In this document: positions 38,401-50,886 of the stretch, piece by piece
Layout: each line of letters begins with the position of its first letter
Position numbering within the stretch: position 1 is the first letter of the stretch
Assembly (NCBI GenBank): GCA_010909165.1
Contig: MU008232.1
Location: forward strand, 31,746-95,745
Direction: 5' to 3'
DNA from: Anthoceros angustus
Taxonomy: Eukaryota > Plantae > Anthocerotophyta
Length of the DNA: 64,000 nt
Made by a program: the position numbers and the translations under genes
The notes under the pieces: model-generated
What the model saw: the letters and a program-made list of their open reading frames with translations, nothing else
What the model was told of the DNA's origin: nothing
The model's database searches: none

Positions 38401-39667
38401 TGGCGTGGAAGTTTTATCCATTCAAGACCAAGCTCTCTTGCCTTACTAGGAGTTATAAAATTGTGGGTGGTGCAGAATCCAACAACAACTCTACATCTAA
38501 GCCATTCATCTTCCCACATATATACATGAGGTCTCCACCTTTCCTCATTATAGTGTCATCCTTGACACTAGATGACTCACCACATGTCTTCACAACATGT
38601 GGCCCGCGTCTGGGCTCCTCGGAAGTTCTTGAATCCGGCTCTTGGAGCAGGTGGATTGGCAGCAACCAAATTCAAGTTGGGAGCTCCAACATGTGGACAA
38701 TTCTAGCAAAGTGTCCTGTTCTCCGCTGTAACACACAGGCTAAAGCCTTTGTCGTCTTCCACGACCCTGTTATCTCCTCTAGCTCGGCCTCTGCCCGATA
38801 GTCTCATTGGTTCCACTATTCACGGTGGTGGTAGCGTCCTGCCTCTAGATCTACCGAGACCTAGGATATCTTCCTCTTGATGCCTCTTGAATAAACATAT
38901 CCGGTATAGCATCTGCTGCGCCATGGCCTCTTGCGGTTTGAGGATTAGTCAAAGCTATCCTATTTTGAGCCCATCTCTTAAGGCCGGTGATAAACTTGTG
39001 GAGTTTGTCACGCTCATGCATCTCTGGACATTGCAAGACAATAGAGCTAAACTCACTCACATACTCCCGCAAAGTTCCGGTATGCTTGACATTGTCGAGC
39101 ATCCTTCGAAACTCATGCATTAGCGGGTTGGAAAGCGAGTTGCGGCGCTTGTGAATGCCCATGTGAAGAGCTCTGCGATTGCCTTGCCTTACGTTCTCAA
39201 CGTAAGTCCTCCACCAAGTAAGAGCATAATCCTCTAAGAAATTCGTGGCGTGCTTCACTCATCTTCTGCACTCATGATTGATGCTTCCAAGAAAAACCAG
39301 GCGATTTTCTCTCGTCACTCGCCTTTATAAGTCTTTGGGGCTGTATCGGCCTCAACTTCTTAGACTTTTGGCGATGCTCTCGAGCTCAGGCTCCACTTCT
39401 TGGCTCTTCTTCAGAGCTTTACTTTGCCTTTAATCTCGATCCATGGCATCAAGTCTCCTCATGATCTTTTGGGCTGGTCCTCTATGGTGGTGCGGTCCTG
39501 CTCCGGTTCCTTCCTCCATTGTTCTCACAACTTGTGGACTCGCGCTCTTCCACGGAAGCGGGCCTTATCTTTCCGTGCGTATCCTTTCCACTCTACTCGG
39601 CTCAGCAGGATCTGCCATCTCCACTAGCGTACTAGTCAAGATGCTTCAACCTATGCTCGATACCACA

Positions 39668-40264
39668 AGTAACACCCCCCTCAGGGGTGGGAAAACCAGA
39701 TTAGAAGCAAACTAGGGTAATAAATCAACACGGACACGACTAGGCCTCCAAGTAGCCGCCCTCCTCTTCTAGGAGGACTCATGACACACTCTTCTTGCTG
39801 CTCTTTATTCTTAGATCACGAGTCAACAAGAACATACAGGTGGAGGCTAGAGAACTCCCCATCTTTGCCTAAGCTAGGAGCTTAGCTCTCTCTTCACTTG
39901 ACCTCCTCCACAAAGCTCCTTCACACGGCCTCCCCTTGTGCTTACAAGCAACAAGTGCTCTCAAGGCATAGCCCAAGCATCAAGTGCTCTCAAGGCCTGC
40001 CAAGCAACAAGTGCTCTCAGGCACAGCAAGTGCTCTCAAGCTCAAGCAACAAGTGCTCTCAAGGTCAATGAATCTTTAGCCAGGCGGTCTCCTTTATACT
40101 CAAGCCCTAGCTACAATCTTAGTAACTACTTACTTAAGCTTTAAGCTATTTACTACCATACACTTCCTAGGGCTGCATGCTTAACATGCTCTTAGTAAGC
40201 TGCTCTTCTAAACATGCCTCTGCATGGAGCTTTCTTGCAAAGCACTCAAGCCAGCTTTGTTACT
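39668..40264 (-). repeat. 5' LTR of gypsy
   Basis: AGTAACA...TGTTACT, followed on the minus strand by TG + PBS. Confidence 0.93.
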
Positions 40265-40304
40265 CCATTGCTTCATTGCTTTGCATCCTTAAATTTCCAT
40301 TTGC

Positions 40305-40500
40305 AAGAAGAAGAAGAATTTTATTTAAGTCCACTAAGATTTCCGTGATGGGACTTGGTACTTAACAACTTGTACCATGGTGTGCCTAAGCTACCAAGGC
40401 ATCCTCCCTTTAGGCACCCCATCTAGGCCCGATCCAAGCTCAGGATGCTTAATCACGGCGTTCTTATAAATGTGTGTCCATTTGGCTAGGCCATTTGGAC
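40305..40500. repeat. Further unit of the 33.7-34.7 kb satellite
   Basis: AAGAAGAATTTTATTTAAGTCCACTAAG...GTACCATGGTGTGCCTAAG...AAATGTGTGTCCATTTGG. Confidence 0.85.
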
Positions 40501-41523
40501 AAGATTTGCCTTCGACTTCGCTATGCCTGCCCCACCTGGTAACAAATTCACCGACGCCAGAAGGATCGCATCGGCTCCCCTATTCCGTAGCATCCGGTGC
40601 TGCTGACCCGCAGGCTTGTCCGCTGCGGCATGCATTTGATTGCCATTAGGTTATTCCGAAGTTGGGCGATCAAAGCCATGTCCCCAGCCGAGACGTGGGG
40701 AGTCCTACTCACTGGAAGGAAGCTGGCCCTCCTAAAAGGCGGCGGTTAGACTGAGCAAGAGACGTTCAAGACCAGCCAGAGATTCGATATTACCCAGCAG
40801 ATCTGCTACATGTCCCTATCAGGTTGTGGGCCTCCTAGAAAGAGGAGGGAGGTGGAGGAATGGGACGGAATAGTCTGAATTCCACTCACATCTTCTGCTT
40901 AAGCGCAACAAGCAAGGAGGCTAAAACACCCAGTTAAAGTCTGGTTGGGAGGATATCGAGCTGATGCTCAGCTCCGGATAGGTACCTTGGTGGTTTTGTC
41001 CTGCTAGGATCAGGAAACCCATAACAGCATCAGTCAAGAGGATATTTACCCTGCTTTGATCTGCCTTTTGATGTCCGACCAGAACGAGGTTCGGAAAGAA
41101 AATCCAGGATGCCAACGATCCTGAAGCATCCATAATATTCAGTGCGTTTCCACCGTTCCTCATCGATATTCAATCAACTTGTGACCCTGGATCCCTCATC
41201 TGCATCCACCCAGTTCCACGATCTCCTCAAACGCTGAAAGCGCACCATAACGTAGTCATCCAGCCAGCCAATGTATACGGGCACAATCCACCTTCTCATA
41301 GCTTCCGAAGGAGGTTGCAACAACAGCAGTGATCAGCATAGGATCCCAGCTAGATTGAACAAGTGATCAGATGCCTTGCAAGCTCGAAGACTTGAAACCG
41401 GGGACCTAACTGCTTGCCTTGCCCTCAGGGGCCAGCGACCTCAAGTGGATTACAAACATGGATCAGCATAGGGAACGCCACTGGGCAATGAAGGAAAGAG
41501 GCACCTGTGCCCAGAGTCGCCTG

Positions 41524-43086
41524 TCACTCACTTTGACCTTTCCCTGCACAGCCACACCTTTGATACATTTCCTCAAGTGCAGACCTAAGCATCGGGTCCG
41601 CATCCAGTCCTGCTTTGACGACCTGAGCGTGTGTCAGCTTGCCCTGATCTAGGTCGCGTAAGCTGCCACAAGCTCTGAGGACGGTCAGAAATGTAGTCCT
41701 ATTGAGCCTAAGGCCGTCCTCACACAGCTTGTGAAAGAGCACCAAGGCCTCTTGGGGATGCCCACCCCACACATACCCTGCAGTAATACATGCCAACATT
41801 TCAAATCCCTTCTGGTGCTGCATCGAAGACCAGGCAGCATCCTCCAGGCTTCCACATTTGATGTACATCTCAGTTAGGCTGCTCACAGCAGCTGCATTGA
41901 GGCTCAGCCCAAGCTGCATGGAGCTGGCGTGGATGAGCTTGGCCTGATCCAGAGCCCCAATCAGGCCACATGCTTTGAACGCGCTTACAAACGTAGCATT
42001 ATCTGGCTTCACACCCATGCGGAGCATATCACCAAAAAAGCCGCTTCCAGCCCACAACCATTGTCAGCATAGCCTGCCATCAAAAGTTGCAGGAAACCAA
42101 GTCGCGCTTCCGCAGCTGGCTATACACATTGGATGCATCATCCACGCTCCCAAACTTAACGTACATCGAAATCAGGGCAGTGGCCACAAACAAATTCTGC
42201 TCATGCCCAGAGGCAGTAATATGGGCGTGCACTTCCCGACCTTGACGCACAGCCACTGCCATGGAACATGCTTTCAGGATTGCCACATACACATGCTCCT
42301 CCGGCTGCACACCTGCTTCCCTCATCTCTGCATACAACCTAATCGCATTTTGGCATTGAGCTTGCCTCACATGTGCTGTAATAATGGCCCTCCATGCCTC
42401 TACCGTGGGCGACTGAAGCTTGTAGAAAGCAGCAGTAGCATGCTCCAGATCCCCGCAGGCAGAGAAAAGTTGCATAAGCTGGTTCACCAGCACAGCATTG
42501 GAGTCAAGCCCGTAGTTGCCGATGAGGAGTTGCACCTTCCTCCCGGCTGTCAAGTCCTTTCTCTCAAGGGCCAGCTGCAGCAGGCGGCAGAGCAAATGGC
42601 TGGACAGCCGAACCTGGTGGTGAGCAAGAAGGTCCACAGCATGGAGGGCTTCCTTCAGCATGCCCTGCTCCACCAGCATGTTAAGCCTGGCCCCAGCACT
42701 TCCAGGAAGCAACTCCCCGTTCCCGTTGTTTCCTTGGCCATACTGGATCACGGAGAATGTTAGGTCAGATTTTTTTGCAGAAGCAGCATAGCAGGTGAAT
42801 GACGAGGGTGCGGTGCTCACACACGATCCCGTCCATCCCCTGCAGATTTCCACCAGCTGCGGATCCACAAGGACTCGCTCCCTCGGTGGTGTGCACACAG
42901 CGCGACAACCTCACGGAATCACCTGCAAAGAAAGATTTTTTTTTCAGAGATTGCAGCAATTCAGAATCTCTTGAGAGACTGCAGCAATTTTTGACAGCGC
43001 TGCACGTTTACCTGCCCGGCTGTGGTCGTGGTCGTGCTCGTTGCTGCAGCAGGCAACAGTATCCTCCTCGCCGCCTTGCAGAGCAT
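41524..43086 (-). CDS. PLS-class pentatricopeptide repeat protein (no E/DYW domain seen); start approximate
   Basis: Repeats such as VATALISMYVKFGSVDDASNVYSQL, WRAIITAHVRQ, GVKPDNATFVSAFKACG, LTEMYIKCGSLEDA; one or more indels; candidate targeting peptide MLCKAARRILLP. Confidence 0.88.
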
Positions 43087-43474
43087 GCTACACAGTGCTA
43101 AGCTTCCACGAGCATGAGAGACCGTTGGGTGCGAAACCTTCCTTCCTCCAGTACGTCTTGAGTGCATCCGGAGCGGTGGATTTAGACACATACAACGATG
43201 TTTACAAGTAACATTACACAATGTCTGGTCGAGGACGTGGCATCCAGTAATTTGTACGCTTGAACGAGTCATCGCCTTCACCGACTGCGCATGGCAGCCA
43301 ACCCAAGAGTCAGGCGGTCAGGCACGAGGCGACGCCCTGGCTCGCTATCCCACGCGAGCACGCAACTTGGTGGCTTCCGGGCAAGCTCATCTGCATCTCC
43401 AGCTCAGGGTATAAATGGAGACGGCAATATCTTTGTCATCGCTCGCTCGCCCCAGGTGACCCCAGATCGCAGCT

Positions 43475-46011
43475 ATGGCAGCCATGGCAACGGCATCCTC
43501 TGCTGCTGCAATGTTGCAGATCCGCCCGTCCACCGGCCCGCATCCTGCCTCCAGCGATGCCGCTCCCAGCATCTCCGGGCATGCCTCTCCCGCGCCCTCC
43601 AGCCGCATCCGCTTCCCGGAACAGAAGCCACTCCAGATCCGGACCCGGGCTGGGCGTGCCGCTGGTCCGAGAGCTTCATCTTCCGCAGACGAGGAGGCGG
43701 AGCTCCCATTGCCGACCAGGTTAGCGAGCAATGCCGATCTGAGTCAGGTGTGTTCCCAGTGCTTCTGTTGCTGGTGAAGGTCTCTCTTGTTCGTGCAAGC
43801 TGTGAGGAGAGTTGGACGCATGCTGTTGCTGCTGTTAGTGAGCAATGCGGATCGGATGTTCTTGTGCGTTTGAAGTGCCTAGTCGTGGAGGACAATGTTT
43901 GTCGTGAGGCTGTCAGTGAAGAGTGCGTATTGCAAGTTCAAGATTTTGCGTTCGAAGTACCGATGAGTAGAGGAAGATGAGTGTTGTCGTTGCTGCTCTA
44001 CTGAGAAATGCGGATTGAAAGTTGAGGACGTTGTGCGGTCGAAGTAGGTAACGGTGGAGGACGATGATTGCCGCTCCTTAGTGAACGATGCGGATTGGAA
44101 GTTCTTCCATCAGTGCTTCTGCCGTGCTTGTTTGATTGGGGTTGTCGACAGTGTCAGAGCAACGCCGATCCAAAGTGATGCAGAAACCTAAATGCTCGTG
44201 TGCGGCTGCAGGGAAGAAGCAGTGCGTGTTGAACAGACGAGCAGCGGGATAGATCGGCGGCAGCTGCTGGTGGCGACATCAGTGTCAGCTGCTGCAGCCG
44301 CGGGCGTGCCGCTGTTCCTCGGCGAGGCGGGAGCGTCGCCTATCGTGCCCCCAACCTCGGCAAATGCGTGGCAGCGACGGTTCCCGGCGTGCAAGTGAAC
44401 TGCTGCCCGCCGCAGCCGACCAGGCCGGTGAAGGCCTTCACCTTCCGGCCCCAGGGCCAGTGCGAGTGCGGCAGCCGGCGCGCACCTGGTGAGCAGCGAC
44501 TATGTGGCCAAGTACAACAAAGCCTACGAGCTTCTGCGCGCGCTCCCCGCGTCCGATCCCAGGTCCTACACGCAGCAGGCGAACGTCCACTGCGCGTACT
44601 GCGACGCCGGGTACACGCAGGCGGACGGGGTGACGCCGCTGCAGGTGCACAACTCCTGGCTCTTCTTCCCCTTCCACCGCTGGTACCTCTACTTCCATGA
44701 GCGCATCCTGGCGTCGCTGGTGGGAGACCCGAGCTTCGCGCTGCCCTTCTGGAATTGGGACAACCAGACGACGTCGGCGCCCCTCGCCAACACCCTGCCG
44801 CCGCTCTACGTCAACAACGCCAGCCTCTTCGACGCCAACCGCAGCCCGGCCCACCAGCCTCCCACCCTGGTGAGCTTCAGCTTCACGCCCCAGACCCTCA
44901 CCGACGCGCAGCTCCGCGACGCCAACAACAACATCATGTACCAGCAGCTGGTGAGCGGCGCCCGCACCACCAGCCTCTTCTTCGGCCAGGCGTACAGGGC
45001 GGGCGACGCGCAGCCCCGGAGGCGGCACCGTGGAGAACGTCCCCACGGCGTCGTCCACGTCTGGACCGGCAACGAGAACAACCCCAACAGCGAGGACATG
45101 GGCAACTTCTACTCCGCCGGCCGCGACCCCATCTTCTTCGCACACCATGCCAACATCGACAGGCTGTGGAGCGTGTGGAAGACGCTCCCCGGCGGCCGCC
45201 GCCGCGATCCCACCGACTCGACTGGCTCAATTCCGAGTTCCTCTTCTACGACGAGAACGCCGATCTGGTCAGTCGTCACTTCTTTCTTTCCATTCCATTC
45301 CATTCCATTTTTCGCGGCATCACTCCATGGACCAGACAAAAGCCTCACCACAGACGGGAATCCGACTCTTGCTCAGGTGCGGGTGCGGGTTGGTGACGCC
45401 GTGACCACGGAGCGGCTGGGCTATACGTACCAGGCGGTGCCGGACGCGTGGAAGGACTTCAAGCCGGTGTCGCTGAGCGCCAGCGCGAGCGCCGCGGCGC
45501 CGGCGACCAGCTCCGCAGGAGCTGGCTGTTCGAGGAGAGCAGGCGGCGATGGCGGCATCGCCGGCGGTGGCGGACGGGCTGCCGGAGTTCGGCGACGGGA
45601 GCGGAAGCTGGACAGGAGCCTGAGCTTCAAGGTGCCGAGGCCGCAGCGGCGGCGGTCAAGTCCAGCCTGTTCCCGTCGCAGGAGGATGACGAGGAGGAGG
45701 AGGTGCTGGTGATCGAGGGGTGACGGTGCCGTGCGACCGCGTCACGCACTTCGACGTCTTCCTCAACCTGCCGGACGCGGACCAGAACACGCCGCTGAGC
45801 GCCGCCGAGTACGTGCGGCTTCTACAACATCCCACTTCGCCGCCGGCGGAATGGCCGGCATGTCCGACCGGCAAGCCACGCTCCGCCTGGGCATCGGCGA
45901 CACGCTCAGGACCTGGGCATCAGGACGTCTCCAACCTGGTCGTCACGATCGTGCCGCGAGGCGCGGCCAGGCCCCATCGTTGCCAAGGCCTTCAGAATCG
46001 AGTACGAGTAG
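43475..46011 (+). CDS. PPO: Polyphenol oxidase (type-3 copper), plastid/thylakoid-targeted; 3 exons (introns ~43720-44210 and 45268-45376)
   Basis: Transit peptide; Tat signal IDRRQLL...AGA; CuA HCAYC and LQVHNSWLFFPFHRWYLYFHERIL; CuB HGVVH...EDMGNFYSAGRDPIFFAHHANIDRLW; DWL domain; EEEVLVIEG and HFDVFLN (KFDV domain); several indels. Confidence 0.96.
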
Positions 46012-46607
46012 GCAGCTCAAACACCAACGTCACGCACACATCATCCACTCCACGGACATCTACGTAATATTGTATAAAATCAAGAACGCTTTCTACGAAC
46101 TGTCACATCACGCTGTGACTCCCATCATGACGAGTGTCGTGATGCAAGCAGCGAACTCCCGAGCGTTTTCACGATTCGGCAGCAAAGTAACTACCCACCT
46201 TATATACAATACTTATATGGTTGGTGCCAGTGGATACATACCCATTTTACACATTTATTTATTATTCCGTGGGAATCATAAACCGCCTGGCCTGGGAGCG
46301 GCAGGCGCGGGATCGAGCGGCGTGGGCGGCAGCCCGGACGGCCTCAGATATATATTAACAGGATCCGTCGCCGCCGGCCGTCGTTCGGCTGTATGTATGT
46401 ATGTGGGCATGGGCATGGGCATGTGCATCGGCGCGGCGGGTGGATTCATCGGCAGCGCATAGTAGAGCAGCAGCAGCCGCCGCGGCCGCAGGCAGAGCAA
46501 GGACTTGCGGCGGGAGGCAAGGAGCTGGAAATTGGTACGGATCCGATTGCGGTGACAAGGCCCCGGAGAGAGAAGAAGGCAGTACTGTCTGTCTGCGGTT
46601 GCCGGGA

Positions 46608-48509
46608 TGGGGCGCAACAGCGTAGGTCACAGTCACAGTCACAGTCCCAGCCCAAACCACAGCGGCACATGGCGGCGGACCGCTCCCGCCATGCTTCAAA
46701 GGGTGCTTTTTGTGAGTGTTTTGTCTTGCTTTTGGTATGTGCAAATTGCAGGCAGGCTTGGATCAGTTTGCCCGTCTGTCTGTGTGCTGGACCGGGGTTC
46801 TGAATGATTTCCATGTACGTCCGGGTCACCAGGGCTGCAGATCAGAGCCGCTTGCCGTCCAGCAGCTTCAGGTATTAGTAGCAACTGGCTGGCATTGGCT
46901 GGCTGTGGATGCTGTCTCTGCTCTTATCTGTCTTGTCTCACAATTGGTGTTTCCTGCGTCCAGTGTCCGGGCAAGACCGGAAGAAATTAAGTTCATTTGG
47001 CTATGTGGGTAAGCGTCTTTCCGGTTGTTGGGCTCCAGTACTGCTGGTTGCAGGGTTTTGTCCTTGACGAAAATCTGCCGCTCGTGCATCTGATTTTGCA
47101 GGACTTTGGACAGTGTGATGCCAAGCGATGCACCAGGAAGCTTGCGCGTTTGGGATACTTGAGGGTTTGTTTTTCCCCTGTGCTTTGTGCTGCGGTTCTT
47201 GCTTGCCCAGGATCTGGGTACCTGGACAAATTTTCCTTGGCGGATGGGAGCATGGTTTCTGAGCTTTTATCTGATCACCAGTGATGCTGACCTGGGCATT
47301 TTCCTCGTCTTCTTGCAGGAGTTGAAAGTCCAACAGCGGTTTGCAGGAGTTGTGCTCAGGTAACTCTCACTTTTCTATACAGCAACAATTTTACGTGGCA
47401 TGACGATGGCAAGAGCAGGATAAGCTGTTATGACTGCAAACCCCTGGAGCCTTTGTATGTGCAGCCTCTTGATTGGTGTTGGACCGTCTATGTATGTAGC
47501 CCCAGGGGACAGAAGTGTATATCCAGGGAGGATCAGCAACTGGTGGGATCGTGGGCTATCTGTGATAGACTGTTCGTGGGCCATGTTGGAAGCTGTACCC
47601 TTTGCCCATATTCGATGCAATGCACCTCGCCTATGTAAAGTGTGCTTTTACTTCTGCGTCTTGTGTGTGGGTTTGTTTCTCCAGCAATTTCCAGATAGAC
47701 TTAAATCATGGTGTCATTTGTTTTTTGCAGTACCATGGCTGCTGGCTGCCAACCCCGTAAACTACGGGCATCCCTGCTGTCATGTGTTGAAGCTCTGGCT
47801 GCAGCGTTGATTATCTGGTAACTTTCTAGTCCATGGACGTTCACGTTTTTCTAGCATGCAGGAACCCCATGCTCCTGAGTTGAGGACATGAGATTACACT
47901 GCAGATCGTTTGACTGGAGATTGTTCCTTGTTGTTGGCTCAGCGGCGAGGATGATGCGGGAAATGAAATACTGGACAAGTTCAAGTGGGGCCACTCCTTT
48001 CTTACCCTCAACCGGTAGGTAATTCTATTGCCTTCTAGTTCCCGGAAGTTGTACAGACTGTGACTGCCATGGTTCCCCTCACGTTTCTTGCCGTTGCCAG
48101 GCAACTGCTGAAGCTGTACGCCTCGTGCTCGTCGGGAATGGAAGTAGTAGCAGTGCAAAACAGCTGGCTAGCTTCTTCGACGAAGCCTCAGCCCAGTGTA
48201 GCTGGTAAGTTCAGGTGTTGGGGTGGTGTGCTCTAGGTGTGTGTATTATGGTATGGTTGGTGTGAAAGTAACCCTCCTCCTCTTCTCCTTCCCATCCCCG
48301 TATTGGCAGATGCTGAAGAAGAGGGCGGCAGTGATGAGGATGGATTACCACCTCTGGTGCGGAACACCAATCGGGACTCTGATGAAGAGGATGAGCAGGA
48401 GGAGGGTAGCAGGAGAGTAGTGATGGTAGCGAGCGTGTTGACCAAGTGGAGCAGCAGCAGTACAGTAGTGGTGCTGGGGGATGCCGGAGCCCTGATGGGC
48501 GATGGGTGA
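46608..48509 (+). CDS. TSR3: 18S rRNA aminocarboxypropyltransferase TSR3 (multi-exon; start approximate)
   Basis: LAMW|DFGQCDAKRCT.RKL, VIDCSWA, PWLLAANPVNYG, SCVEALAAALIIC, FKWGHSFLTLN, acidic tail EDGLPPL; GT-AG introns. Confidence 0.93.
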
Positions 48510-49741
48510 TTTTGTTCATAGACTACGTTTTTCTTTTTCTTTGTAAAGGAAAGTCAGCTTGTATAGAGAGGGACGGTTGCGTTGTTGCCGTGGGTTAGGT
48601 TGGGCTGGGTTGGGCAATCGGGCTTGTATTGAATGACTGCGTCTTGGGCAGGCTGCATGTGAGCCGATGTATGGGATGCATGTGGCAGTGGTGGAGCCAG
48701 GAGGTGCCAGGAGTCAGCTCGAGGTGCCAGCTTGCAGCACGCAGGACGTGGAAATGAATTTGCTGTCCTGGCCCTGCCCTGCTCTGCCGGGTGGGCTGGC
48801 AGTTTGGATCCATCCCCAGCCAGCAACCCAGTGGCGGTGACAGTTTGAACTGGTGGAGCGGACCGTTGGCAAGGTGGACACAGCAGGGGCCCCCACTGGG
48901 GCGCGGCCCCGGCCTCGAGAGGCTGGCTGGCTGGCTGGCTGGGGGTGGCCCCGGCCCCAAGCACCCACTGAAGGGCAGGCAGGCAGGCAAGCATGAGCGG
49001 CCGTGGAAGCTGAACATGGGGTGGAATAGCTCGGCTTCCTTCCTTCACTGTGCGCCTGCCTGGTTGTATAATTATAACGATGAGCTTGCTTGAAGAGGGA
49101 GCGCCTGCCTGGTTGTATAATTATAACGATGAGCTTGCTTGAAGAGGGATCTGCTGATCAGAGGTTAGGGCAGGAGATGCACAGGTGTCAGGGCAGGAGC
49201 TGCACAGGAAGGAAGGTTGAAGGAAGATGTGCATGGAAAGCTTGCAGTTACTTGCATTGCAGCTCAAGGTTGTTATGATGCTGTCCTTGCAGTAGTCGTG
49301 GGCAGGGAGGTAGGTGTCCTCTAGGGTTCTGCAGGTCTGGACTAGGTAATAACAGCAGCGGCTGGTTGTGGGCATTGTAGTAGGTGAGGGATGCAGTGAG
49401 AGGGACTAAAGGTAAAGAGACTCCTGACCAACAAATTGCCACACACACGCTGCTTGGAAGGACTGGAAGCTGGAACAGTCCAGCCCCAGCCGACCCGAGC
49501 TGGGAGTCCAACTGCAAAATTGATGGCAGCTTACTGTCGCTCCCCAACCAGAAAATAGATGGAAAGCAGGGGCCGAGCCATTTATGACCTCCCACCCACT
49601 CCGCTCCACTCCCTAACGACACCCGGTCACACGGCCATTCCTAACATCCGCCTGCGTCCTCCATGGAACAAACTGATTAAGGGTGGAGAGCTCGATGTCC
49701 TCCATTTCCCGTAGTTGGTGATGTGCTTGTCGCGGTCGCGG

Positions 49742-50453
49742 TCATGGTCGACTGGTGGAGTCGTCGTTGGTGTAGACGCTCGCCAGCTTTGAGTGCTTTG
49801 TTTGAATCATAGCCATCTCCTCCTTCAAAAACTTCGTCCCTGCAGCTCTCTCGCTTGCAGCAGGCCCTGGCCCATGCTGTTTGCTTCTGCCTTGGTTTCT
49901 CGCCCGCATCTGCATCAAGCCGACTCGCAGATTCACGTCTTCATGTAGTCTCGTCTCGGACTCCCAGCTGCCTCGTGTGGAAGTCGTCTCGTCTCGTCTC
50001 GTATTCTGGGTTCCTCTCTCTCATCAACATTGTTAGCTGTGCAAGTGTGCATTCCGATTCCCGCAGACTTGACGCTGCTGCCTTTGCCTTTGCTTTGCCT
50101 CTGCCTTTGCCTTTGCCCTGCCCTTCTCCGCGGGTCGGGCCGGGCCGGGCCTCGTCCGATTCTCCCTTGCCTGTCTGCCTGCCTTCTTCCTTCCTCCCTC
50201 GCTTACTTGCTCCCCTGCTTTTTCCGCCTCTTTCCACACTCGCTGCCGCTGCCACTTCTGTCTGCTGTCTGCGCGCACGCCTGGCCTGGCTGCCCTCAAA
50301 GACGCTCTTCTCCGCGTCTGCCTTTGCTCTTAATTCTGCTGGACCACCAATGCAGCACGCGCTGTACCTCAGGGCCCCTGCTCCCGCTCGCTCACCTCCA
50401 GATCTGACCTCGCTGCCCCCCCGCCGCCTGCATTGCCTCTCTCCGCCTCCATG
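49742..50453 (-). CDS. Possible hypothetical basic/helical protein, divergent from the thioesterase gene
   Basis: GC-rich ORF pieces (ELRAKADAEKSVFEGSQARRARR...; FLKEEMAMIQTKHSKLA) that would join through indels; no recognised family. Confidence 0.35.
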
Positions 50454-50886
50454 AATCTTTTTCGCAGCCCGCTCCCGCTGCCTCTGGCTCACACAGCTGC
50501 CTCCTGCTTCTGCTCGCCTGGAGCTGCAAATTAGCGCTCAAGAATGCTGGCCAGCGGACACATTTTTTGAACTACGCTGCTGTTCCTGCTGCTGCTCTCT
50601 CTCAGACTGCTGCTTCCCTCAACCTTCTGCTTCTTTGCGCTCAAGTCCGTAGGACATCGAAATATTTCCTCCCAGGCTCGGGCTCAGCGTTGCTCGCAGG
50701 TTCAAATCTGACAAATGCGCTGTACCCGCACAGCAACCAAGAAAGGGTGGAGCGGGAGTCCTCCCTTCTGGATCTGCCACTCATCGAAGCGAGTCCTGGA
50801 CCTGGAACTGCAACTGCGACAGGGCGGCTTCAGGCTTGAGCAGCGAAGGAGCGGGAGAGGGAGTGGGACGACTGCCAGCGCTGGGG

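Larger units (their letters stand above)
34878..40264 (-). mobile_element. Full-length Ty3/gypsy (chromovirus-like) LTR retrotransposon with AG...CT termini
   Basis: LTRs 34878-35418 and 39668-40264; TSD CCATT (34873-34877 and 40265-40269); PBS TGGTATCGAGC; PPT TAGTGGGGAGGA. Gag LEDYALTWW, knuckle GHFARNCP, PR LLLDS, RT AYPLPRMDD and FEFLVMPFGLTNAP, INT CAVCQQDK and GGPY, chromo-like ILAK..EEFL..HNTW. Confidence 0.95.

Noticed and set aside
40500-41500. Possible E/DYW extension of the PPR or a separate gene
   Set aside because: No PG box, HxE or CxxC/DYW motifs found; no recognisable ORF
44438-45148. 236-aa antisense ORF over PPO
   Set aside because: Expected shadow ORF from high GC3 codon usage
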